Shown: in pieces, positions 18,001 to 26,400 of the stretch
Numbering within the stretch: position 1 is the stretch's first letter
Layout: each line of letters opens with the position of its first letter
Source of the DNA: Eubacterium sp.
Lineage (GTDB): Bacteria > Bacillota > Clostridia > Lachnospirales > Lachnospiraceae
NCBI GenBank assembly: GCA_024681515.1
Contig: JAILAR010000026.1
Coordinates: 8,799 to 72,798, forward strand
Direction of reading: 5' to 3'
DNA length: 64,000 nucleotides
The notes under the pieces: generated by a model
What the model saw: the letters and a program-made list of their open reading frames with translations, nothing else
Database searches by the model: none
Told to the model about the DNA's origin: nothing
Made by a program: the position numbers and the translations under genes

Positions 18001-20316
18001 GGAACCACGGCTTCCGAGAAAGACCATTTCGTCTTCGCCGGTGCGGATGCCGCGACTCCCTCTGCATTTGAAGAACTTCCGTTATATAAACTCACGACGG
18101 ATGAGCCGGAGACGGTTGTGGTCCGGACCTTTGATGCACATCCGGATGTGGTATACATGGATGTTACGGAATTCTTTGATCGTTTCTATGAGAGAAAGTT
18201 ATCCGTAGAGAAAAAAGAAGGAACCTATACACTTTCCGAAGAAAACATCGGAGAGAGAGCGGAGATCGATGTTGATAAGGATACCCTTACCACCGGAAAC
18301 TACCACGGCCTGTTTCAGCCTCTGATCAAAGGGAGGGAGGATGATTCCCTGCGCTTCGTGGAGCGGGCGGCATTCCTTCAGCATACAGAGAATACCGCAA
18401 CGAAACAGGAAGAGGATACCGTGCTGGATTTCGGAGCATACGGCATTGATCTGATCGAGGCAGACGGCAATATCTATATGCCTCTTTCGGTTCTTGGTAT
18501 GCTGTTCAATACGGGAGAGGATGCGTATGTGATCACAAACGGGGAATCCGTTTATTTGAACTATACATCCATGGATACGAATGATACAGATCAGTCCGAG
18601 AAGGATGAACATCGTCTTGACGGACTTGCAGAGGGAAACCGCCCGGAGGAACTGATTCGGGAATCTTATGCGGAGCTTTGCTTCGAACTGGATCTTCTGT
18701 ACGGACTGGAAGGCACCCACAGTGAATTTATACAGAGTCTTCAGAAGGATGGTCTGGATAAGACACTTGATACATTTGATCCGGCGCTGAAGACCATGCT
18801 GCTGTCCGAAAACAGTGCGGATTATGCACTGGGTATGAATCGGCTTCTGGACTTCTGGCTGAATGATTCCGGCCATACACAGTATGATCTGATGCAGTTC
18901 ATGACGCATGACGAACTGTATGGTCAGATCGAGGAGAAGTCGGAGGAGGCTTCGGATCTTCCGGATTCCTTCATTTACTGGTATAAGGACCGTGATAAGG
19001 CAGGCTTGCGAGATGCAAGAAGATTTGCCGCTGACGGCGATGATATTTATTCTGATTATTATGCCGTAAAGGGTGATACCGCATTTGTAAAACTTGAAGA
19101 ATTTGATGTGGATTATGGCGGATGGGTAAAGTATTATCAGAAGAAGGGCGAAATGCCTGACGATGCATTTGCAAGGATACACAACGCACTGGAAAAGGCA
19201 AATTCGGATAAGAAGGTTGAGAATTTCGTCATCGATCTCACATTCAACGGGGGCGGTGATACGGAAGCTCTGCTTGGGATCATCGGACTCGTTACAGGCA
19301 AGGCGCACGTGAAGATACGTTCCGAGGTCACCGGTCAGACCTATGATTCGATGCCTAAGGTCGACAGAAATCTGGACGGTGTATTCGACGCAAAGGATGA
19401 CGCTGTGGATTACAGCCGTTTGAATATGGCGGTTCTCTGCAGTGGGTATACTTTCTCCTGTGCAAATACCTTCACCGCTGTTATGCAGGATGAAGGTATC
19501 GCCGTTATCGGAACCCGGTCCGGCGGCGGAACCTGCTGTGTAACGGATATGGCTACGGAAGAGGCCGTGATCTATCGAATTTCAGGTCCGATCAAGCTGG
19601 TCAATGCAAAAGGGGAGTCCATCGATGAAGGCATCAAGGCCGACATCGATCTCAGTGCGAAGATTGACGAAGATACCTATGATTATTCCGCATTCTATGA
19701 TGATGTGAAGGTGTCCGATGCACTGTTTAAGTTCTACGGCAAGGTAAAGAAGAGGAATGAATGGGTGGATGGCCGCTGGTACGACAGGAACGGCCGGCAA
19801 AACTACAAGCCTGTTGGTTCCTGGCATGAGAATAAGAAGGGCAAATGGTACGGGGATACTTCCGGCTGGTATGCGCAGAATCAGTGGCAGAAGATCGACG
19901 GAAAATGGTACTACTTCAATCAGGACGGCTATATGGAGATGGATGCATACCGCTATGGCTATTATCTGACGGAGAGCGGAGCCTGGGACGGCAAGTCAAA
20001 GGTTGCCGGCTGGAAAAAGAATAACACCGGCTGGTGGTTTGAAATCGGGGAGAAGACTTATCTCAAAGACGGTTGGAAGATGATCAACGGCAGATGGTAT
20101 TATTTCAGGAAGAGCGGCTACGCTGCCCAAAATGAATTTGTAAAAGGTTGGTGGATCGGATCAAACTGTGCCTGGGGAGATCCGGTGAAATACAGCTGGC
20201 ATAAGACCGCGCAAGGCTGGTGGTACGGCGCATCCGGCGAATGGTATGCAAAAAATAAAACCTATGTCATCGACGGCAAGTCATATTCCTTTGATAAACT
20301 TGGATATATGAAGTAG
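15055..20316 (+). CDS. multidomain surface protease: S8 subtilisin-like domain, central region of unknown (possibly beta-rich) fold, S41-like peptidase domain and C-terminal cell-wall-binding repeats
   Basis: S8 triad motifs: VAVFDCGVD, GHGTHVAGI, SGTSMATP (~16699). S41-like motifs: IDLTFNGGGD and GYTFSCANTF. The last ~185 aa are Trp/Tyr/Gly repeats (GWYAQNQWQKIDGKWYYFNQDGYM, GWKMINGRWYYFRKSGYA). The signal peptide MIRMIKGRRFRLRSRLAATALCFGLALSQLPAYA begins only at in-frame ATG 15247, which has its own GGGAGGA SD sequence. Confidence 0.9.
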   Translation: MDNEKTENKNKWKKLYDEDGNLAYEGFANYNTPWGAGKVYFPDGTVYQEGIFGNKGLLCGRMAFMIRMIKGRRFRLRSRLAATALCFGLALSQLPAYAAPDEQETKKSADLSGQQYMASTENGIADESWNTYDTEGHPTPRVDTNGTVVAVFDCGVDYEHEDLRNVMWNEGLNYKSLVDMGGGSYGICVSPMNSMSETYDSSDPMDDEKEGHGTHVAGIIAAEWNNIGISGITSGAKIMAVKVSNDRGITSTAELINGYRYVIEAKKAGVNVVAVNMSLGFQSDGNALNEIITEAGELGIVTCVAASNSMRNLDPENGIAAALADNPYVLVVGASNEEGNPWTDEGDSGSNYGRRTVDIFAPGAGIISTFPERLGELDSTSDIVEEGGKRYSFDYSTDEYDVTDGKDSSVFGYTGEETVLSKGTEGLTLSTPNGGESGSFTLAVPVLETLKTCKGGVITAKAPVGTTVTLTFNCDGRDYGSVDRVAAGDGRMELPFVIPDDDGMDLSAAMLEFEVFPPNGSEEETSEIKEITVQKSVFHTGKTKYHTESGTSMATPVMAGVAAMLSRAFKNDTADKIVARMQGSVKRVDSLKDKCIAEGIFSLDRALDEKTFPVINGLTRQGDQAVITGYFFGSLMPTVKIDGKEVTSISGNSTTLTVTIPEGVKDGEVLVEVTSEKGTGHRLMQLGTADNLYPRLSLPDESEEGFYAADIMSMTAIGDSLYVVLGAGDTRIYSYNTVTKTWKKEYQGEYPATEGACEVNGKLLFLTSDVIKGQDHIGCFDPASENVTYKLYQEDFFITHAALVNAGTGVYIVGGREGVYGNIKNQGTNRNIIYVNTSDLSDIRTETIEDARVNAENPIIASDGQGTIYIYGSQSGDSEISFTKPITIKATGNTATVSEVAAKDIYPKTNRNQMAVGTAAVTAAGNIMTTGPVVTDDTGKVIEDTYVVGPGKKNIQSTGKIVSLTPVYHPVSAVIGDTYYVLGTTASEKDHFVFAGADAATPSAFEELPLYKLTTDEPETVVVRTFDAHPDVVYMDVTEFFDRFYERKLSVEKKEGTYTLSEENIGERAEIDVDKDTLTTGNYHGLFQPLIKGREDDSLRFVERAAFLQHTENTATKQEEDTVLDFGAYGIDLIEADGNIYMPLSVLGMLFNTGEDAYVITNGESVYLNYTSMDTNDTDQSEKDEHRLDGLAEGNRPEELIRESYAELCFELDLLYGLEGTHSEFIQSLQKDGLDKTLDTFDPALKTMLLSENSADYALGMNRLLDFWLNDSGHTQYDLMQFMTHDELYGQIEEKSEEASDLPDSFIYWYKDRDKAGLRDARRFAADGDDIYSDYYAVKGDTAFVKLEEFDVDYGGWVKYYQKKGEMPDDAFARIHNALEKANSDKKVENFVIDLTFNGGGDTEALLGIIGLVTGKAHVKIRSEVTGQTYDSMPKVDRNLDGVFDAKDDAVDYSRLNMAVLCSGYTFSCANTFTAVMQDEGIAVIGTRSGGGTCCVTDMATEEAVIYRISGPIKLVNAKGESIDEGIKADIDLSAKIDEDTYDYSAFYDDVKVSDALFKFYGKVKKRNEWVDGRWYDRNGRQNYKPVGSWHENKKGKWYGDTSGWYAQNQWQKIDGKWYYFNQDGYMEMDAYRYGYYLTESGAWDGKSKVAGWKKNNTGWWFEIGEKTYLKDGWKMINGRWYYFRKSGYAAQNEFVKGWWIGSNCAWGDPVKYSWHKTAQGWWYGASGEWYAKNKTYVIDGKSYSFDKLGYMK

Positions 20317-20324
20317 AGCACGGA

Positions 20325-20412
20325 CTAAAACGGAAGTGTAAAGCAAACAGACGCCAAATACGTGCGAAGCGATGATCTACGGAGCGCATAAGCGCGAAGT
20401 ATGGAATGGAGG
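20325..20412 (+). repeat. intergenic repeat, copy E1
   Basis: CTAAAACGGAAGTGTAAAGC...ACGGAGCGCATAAGCGCGAAGTATGGAATGGAGG. It aligns with 47580-47669, and the final 21 nt are identical and provide the SD sequence. Confidence 0.75.
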
Positions 20413-20417
20413 ATAAC

Positions 20418-21545
20418 ATGGAGAAGTCTGCGGTTTATTTTACGGATTTCAGAACAAGGATCGGTGTCAGTCAGTGTACGAAGCTGCAGAAGCTGATCCG
20501 CGCAGCAGGGATCGGGGATATAGACTTTAAGGGCAAATTCACCGCGATCAAGATGCATTTCGGAGAACTGGGGAACTGCGCATATATCCGCCCGAATTAT
20601 GTTCATGCAGTTGCGGATGTGATCCGTAAGCTTGGAGGGATCCCTTTCCTGACGGATTGCAATACGCTTTATCCCGGCAGCCGCAGTAATGCGGTGGATC
20701 ATTTGAAATGTGCCGAGATCAACGGATTTAATTCGGTAACCACCGGCTGTCAGGTCATTATCGGGGACGGACTCAGAGGCAACGATGATGTGGAGGTTCC
20801 CGTACATAACGGCGAATACTGCAAGACGGCGCTGATCGGTCGGACCATTATGGATGCGGATATCCTGATCTCACTTTCACATTTTAAGGGGCATGAGGAT
20901 GTGGGCTTCGGCGGTGCACTGAAGAATATCGGTATGGGCTGCGGCAGCCGTCCCGGGAAAATGAAAATGCACGCAGAGGGTACTCCTGAGGTGGACCAAA
21001 AGGTGTGCCGCAGCTGCAGGCAGTGCGCAAAGGTCTGCGGAAGCAATGCCATATCCTATGGTGAGGACGGTAAGGCCTATATCGATCCGGATCTATGTAA
21101 GGGATGCGGCCGCTGCATCGGCGCCTGCAATTTTGAAGCCATTGAAAGCCTGTATGACTCCGCAAATGAGATCCTCTGCTGTAAGATCGCCGAGTATACT
21201 CAGGCGGTCTGCTACGGCCGGCCCTGCTTCCATATCAGCCTGATCATGGATGTGTCTCCGAACTGCGACTGTCATGATGAAAATGATGCGCCGATCCTGC
21301 CGAATATCGGTATGCTGGCGTCCTTTGATCCTGTGGCGCTGGATCAGGCCTGTGCGGATCTGTGTCAGAAGGCGGAGCCGATCCGCAACAGTCAGCTGGG
21401 TGATCATCTGGCCAGACCGAACTGGAAGCTTCACCATGATCATTTCATGGATAACAACCCCAATGTCCGTTGGAAAGAAGCTCTGGAACACGGAGAAAAG
21501 ATAGGACTCGGTACTCGGGAGTACGAGCTTAAGGTGATCCGTTGA
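20418..21545 (+). CDS. DUF362 domain protein with 4Fe-4S dicluster domain
   Basis: MEKSAVYFTDFR...IKMHFGELGN...FLTDCNTLY is DUF362-like. Cluster motifs: CRSCRQCAKVC and CKGCGRCIGAC. ATG 20418 lies 5 nt after GGAGG. Confidence 0.8.
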   Translation: MEKSAVYFTDFRTRIGVSQCTKLQKLIRAAGIGDIDFKGKFTAIKMHFGELGNCAYIRPNYVHAVADVIRKLGGIPFLTDCNTLYPGSRSNAVDHLKCAEINGFNSVTTGCQVIIGDGLRGNDDVEVPVHNGEYCKTALIGRTIMDADILISLSHFKGHEDVGFGGALKNIGMGCGSRPGKMKMHAEGTPEVDQKVCRSCRQCAKVCGSNAISYGEDGKAYIDPDLCKGCGRCIGACNFEAIESLYDSANEILCCKIAEYTQAVCYGRPCFHISLIMDVSPNCDCHDENDAPILPNIGMLASFDPVALDQACADLCQKAEPIRNSQLGDHLARPNWKLHHDHFMDNNPNVRWKEALEHGEKIGLGTREYELKVIR

Positions 21546-21651
21546 TCTGTTATATTGTGTTAGAAATGGAATGAAAAAATGGGAAATTTAGATTTTCAGT
21601 CTGAAAACCGATTGATCAGACGCAGAAGGCTATAAATATATCTTTCCTCCG

Positions 21652-23298
21652 ATGATCGGAATGATCTTTGCACAGATGGCACCGGTGGTTGACGGTATCG
21701 TCGCTTCCGGAGGCATGGGTGAGGAAGCGCTTTCCGCCATCGGCATCGTAGGACCGATGGATTATATATTCAACCTTATCTGCGCGCTGTTCGGAATCGG
21801 CTGCGGTGTTGTTATTTCCCGCTGCTCGGGTGCAGGGGAGAAAGCAAAGGCTTCGAGAGTCTTCAGCCGTACGCTTATCATTATGATCTCAGTGACACTG
21901 GGGCTTATGGCGTTGGCTTTTATATTTACGGATCCGCTGTTGAAGCTTTTCTGTGCTACGAAGGAGAATATCGGATATGCCAGAACCTATTTACAGGTGA
22001 TGCTGGCGGGCGGTGTATTCATGACACTGAATTTTGCGGGTGACTATATTCTTGCCAATGACAATAATGAAACGCTTGCCGTGGCGGGAGACATCGTAGG
22101 CGCCATCGTGAATTTCATCATTGATTTTCTGGGAGTATATGTATTCCATCAGGGAATCTGGATCGTGGCATTCGGAACCGTGGCGGGATCCTTCTGCTGC
22201 GTGCTTGTCTATCTGCTGCACTTCAAAAAGAAGGACAGGCTTTGCTGTCTCGTGAAACCGGTAAGGAAGGAAGGCGATCCGAGTCTGCTTGAGATTATTA
22301 AACCCGGTTCGGCAGAGGCATTGATGTATTTTCTTTTTACGGTTCAGCTGATCGTTCAGAATTTTGTTCTGCGAAATGACGGAGGAATCAGCGGTCTTGC
22401 CAATTCGGCGGTCATAGAAAATCTGTCGATCATATTTACCATCGTCATCGCGGGCAGTTCCGACGCCATATTTCCCATGGCATCCGCCTATCACGGGGAG
22501 CAGAACAAAAGCGGCATGCTCATGGTGAAACGTTCTCTGACAAAAACAGGCTTTTTCATGCTGCTCGTCCCGGTGCTTATTCTTATCATATTCCCGCAGC
22601 TGACGATCATGCCCTATAAGATCGACGATCCGGTGATGCTGGCATCACTTCCTTTTGCGGTGCGCCTGGTCAGCTTTAATCAGCTTTTCGTTTTTCTGGA
22701 TACGATCATGATCGATTATCTTTCCGCCACCGAACAGGAAAAAAAGGCGAATATAGCATTTATTATACAGTTCTTCGTTCAGGTTCCGCTGACACTGCTC
22801 CTGAATATCTGGTCGCATCTGAATTCGGCCTGGTATGCATCGATCATCGCACAGGTCGTTGTGCTGTTTTATCTTGCTTTCTTCTGCGGGGATCTGCCGA
22901 AAGGAATGAGGCACTTTCACCGGGAAAATCTGCTTATGCTGAGGGGCGGAAAGCTTGCCCCGGCATTTGTGTCCGGCTTTGAAGAAGAAGCCGGCAAATG
23001 TATCGGCAGAGGTCAGCTTGAAACGCTGAAACAGAAGATGATCTCTCCGCTACTGCAGGTTCTGACCGGGGAAAAGGAAATAAGCGGAACTTTCAGCATT
23101 TTGAAAAGAAATGATGATCGGATGGCGGCTGTGCTTCATTACGAGGCTAAGAAGGATCTGCTGGAAGACCTGCCTGAGATCGAGACGGATGATGAGGATG
23201 AGGAAGATGAAGAGGAAGTTCCTTTTGATACCTGTATCCGTTCCGAGTTTCTGGGTATGCGAAGGATCATGATCATTCTGAATGAGGAGAGTGAATAA
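21652..23298 (+). CDS. MATE-like efflux transporter with a ~110-aa acidic cytoplasmic tail; the N-terminus may be frameshifted
   Basis: Polytopic membrane protein; VVDGIVASGGMGEEALSAIGIVGP is MATE-like. There is no SD sequence before ATG 21652. The short ORF 21579-21635 (MGNLDFQSENRLIRRRRL*), in the neighbouring frame, could be the displaced N-terminus. The tail contains ETDDEDEEDEEE. Confidence 0.7.
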   Translation: MIGMIFAQMAPVVDGIVASGGMGEEALSAIGIVGPMDYIFNLICALFGIGCGVVISRCSGAGEKAKASRVFSRTLIIMISVTLGLMALAFIFTDPLLKLFCATKENIGYARTYLQVMLAGGVFMTLNFAGDYILANDNNETLAVAGDIVGAIVNFIIDFLGVYVFHQGIWIVAFGTVAGSFCCVLVYLLHFKKKDRLCCLVKPVRKEGDPSLLEIIKPGSAEALMYFLFTVQLIVQNFVLRNDGGISGLANSAVIENLSIIFTIVIAGSSDAIFPMASAYHGEQNKSGMLMVKRSLTKTGFFMLLVPVLILIIFPQLTIMPYKIDDPVMLASLPFAVRLVSFNQLFVFLDTIMIDYLSATEQEKKANIAFIIQFFVQVPLTLLLNIWSHLNSAWYASIIAQVVVLFYLAFFCGDLPKGMRHFHRENLLMLRGGKLAPAFVSGFEEEAGKCIGRGQLETLKQKMISPLLQVLTGEKEISGTFSILKRNDDRMAAVLHYEAKKDLLEDLPEIETDDEDEEDEEEVPFDTCIRSEFLGMRRIMIILNEESE

Positions 23299-23370
23299 AA
23301 AATGGAATAGAAGGCAGAAGAATAGACGGAAGAAATGACAGAAACAAAAGACGGATAAGGAGTGCGTTTT

Positions 23371-23480
23371 ATGGATAAATTTGATATAAGTAGTTTAAAA
23401 GATTCTTTTTATGATGAAGGTCAGGAGAGCACAGGCCGGATTGCCACCGAAGAGGAACAGCAGGCAATCCTTGCCAGCAT
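23371..23480 (+). other. probable true 5' end of the NRPS gene, out of frame with the main ORF
   Basis: ATG 23371 lies 8 nt after AAGGAG. MDKFDISSLKDSFYDEGQESTGRIATEEEQQAILAS aligns with the inter-module linkers (SEEDKEAIRKLHDT, SEEDEIKILSMHDT). The homology continues in the main frame as HDTAFPVAERPAY, which implies a 1-nt loss near 23477-23479. Confidence 0.55.
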
Positions 23481-23495
23481 GACACCGCATTTCCT

Positions 23496-26400
23496 GTGGC
23501 TGAGCGTCCGGCATACCGTCTTCTGCAGGACAGTGCGGAAAAATATCCCGATAAAACAGCGCTCATTGCCATCGACCGGACACTCACTTACAGAAAGCTG
23601 AATGCTGAGGCAAATGCCGCATCGCATGTGCTGCGACGCTTCGGAGCAGGACCGGAAACCATCGTTGCGGTCTTGGCTGACAGGGACAGCTACGCCTATG
23701 TGATGCGGGAAGGGGTTCTTAAGAGCGGCGGTGCTTTTATGCCGGTTGATCCGGAGTATCCGGAGGAACGGATCCGCTATATCCTGGACGATTCAAAGGC
23801 AAAGCTGCTGATTACCACAGGTAATGTCATTGAACGCAGAAATGAGCTGATCACGGCGCTGCAGGCGGAAGGTATCGTTATCATTAACGTACAGGATGCC
23901 GTAAGCCTGACGGACACAGGAGCGCTCGATGAGAACGGGAAACCAAAGACCGGTTATGTACTTCCGGGTGAGAGAGAAAATCTCAACGTGGAAGTGCCCT
24001 ATGATGCGCTGGCCTATGTGATCTATACCTCAGGTTCCACAGGAAAACCGAAGGGTGTGATGATCACCAACAAGAATCTGGTGAACTTTGCCGACAGAAA
24101 TGAGAAGAATCTCGAGATTCTTGCATTCACGGAAAATGTTGAAGTCACCATATCCATAGCCGCGTTTACCTTCGATGTCTCCGTTATGGAGGAGTTTGTG
24201 CCTTTTGCTCATGGCATGACGAATGTGCTTGCAACATGGAAACAGATGATGGATCCGGCGGAAATGTGCGGGCTCATGGTGAACAACCATGTCGGGTCGA
24301 TCACATGTACCCCCAGCTATATCATGAATATGATCGAGATCCCGGCTTTTGTGCCTGCAATACAGGGATTAAAGTGCATTGATGTGGGATCGGAACCGTT
24401 CCCGCCGGTACTTTTCGACAAACTAAAGGCAATTAATCCGGATCTCCTTATCGTGAATTCCTACGGACCGACAGAGTGTACCGTCAGCTGTACGCTGAAG
24501 AAGGTTGTTGATCCGAGAGACGTAACCATTGGCGTTCCTCTGGCAAATGTGCACGTGGCCACCATGGATCCGGATGGACATCTGCAGCCCATCGGAGAAA
24601 AAGGTGAGTTGGTCATCATGGGGGACGGCGTCGGTCGGGGATATATCGGAAGAGAAGACCTGAATGAGAGGAATTTCATTCGGGTCCTTGGTATACCTGC
24701 TTATCGCAGCGGTGATCTGGTGCGGATCCGGGAGAACGGAGATATCGAATTCCACGGAAGAATGGACGATCAGGTGAAACTCCGAGGACTGCGTATCGAA
24801 CTCGGTGAAGTGGAGAGCGTGATCGGCAGTTATCCTTCCGTTCGGGCCGTTACTGTGATTGTCATCCATGGGGAGACGGATTATTTAGCTGCTTACTTTA
24901 CGGCGGGTGAAGAAGTAGACATATCCGCTTTGAAGGAGCATGCAGCAAAGTATCTTACGGAATATATGGTTCCTCAGGCCTTTATGCAGCTGGAAACCAT
25001 GCCCATGACAGCAAACGGCAAGGTGGATAAAAAGGCATTGCCTGTCATTGAGATCACGGAAGAGGAACTCGTGGCAGCGGAAAATGAAGTGCAGGAAAAG
25101 ATCCTGGCGATTGCGAAGGAAGTGATCGGTACCGACAGGATCGGTATCACCACGGATCTATATATGATGGGGCTTTCCTCCATCGGCTGTATCAGGCTGT
25201 GTTCCCTTTTGTCAGACAGCTTCGGTGTCAGCGTTCGGGTAGCGGAGATCTTCGAATGTCGTACGGCATTAAGCATCGAAGTACTGATCAATGAAAAATC
25301 CGGAGAAGAAAAGATCTCCCATGAACTGAGGGAGAGCTATCCTCTGACGCGGACACAGATGGGAATCTACATTGACAGCGAACTCTACGCCGGAACCACG
25401 GTCTATAATCTTCCGTATCTGTATAAACTGGATCAGAGAGTGGATATGGAGAAACTGCGCTCGGCCCTGCAGAGAACTTTGCTTGCACACCCGTATCTTT
25501 TTATGACCCTTCGGGAGGAAGGCGGAGAGATAAGGGCCGTCAGAGACCTCGGCCTCGGACAGGATGGGTATGCTCTGCCGGAGATCGTGATCTCGGATCG
25601 GGAGCCCATACCGGAAGAACTGGTAAGACCCTTTGATCTGACCTCCGGAGAGAGACTATTCCGGGCAGAGCTTTTTGACACGGAAAGCGGGAAATACCTC
25701 TTTGTTGACATGCATCATATCGTCAGCGACGGTAGTTCTCTGACCATATTCTATCAGGATCTGGATGCGGCTTATCGTGGGGAGTCTGTCCCTGCGGAAG
25801 AATATACAGGCTTTGAAGCGGCGCTGGATGAAGAATACGCGCTGACCACTGACCGTCCTGCAAAGGCTAAAGCCTGGTATGACGGTATCTTTGCCGGATG
25901 TGGCGGAGAGACCCTGCCGGTAAAGGACGGAAGTAAGTCAGACAAAAAGATCGAAAGGATAGAATGTTTCGGCAGCAGCAACGCAGACGCTGTTCGCTTG
26001 TTCTGTAACAGGAGCGGTCTGTCTCTCAATGCCGTCTTCACATCTGCATTTGGCATGGCTTTGCAGGCCTATACCGCATCAGAGCAGGCAATCTTTTCTA
26101 CGATTTATAACGGCAGAAACGATTCCAGAGTGGCCCGCAGTGTCTCCATGTTTGTAAAGACGTTGCCGGTCCGCTTTGCTGCGGATCAGCAGACCTCGGT
26201 TTCGGAAACCATTCGAAACTGCCAGAGTTATCCCCTTTCGGCCATGGCAAATGATATCTACAGCTTTGCGGAGATCAAGAAGGCTTACGGGATCGGTGCT
26301 GATATCCTTTTTGCTTTTCAGGGGGAGTTGGAGGAGTACGAAGAACAGGAACTCTGCGGTTTTCCTGTGATCACAAAGGATCTGTCTCTGTCCCAGGCAA

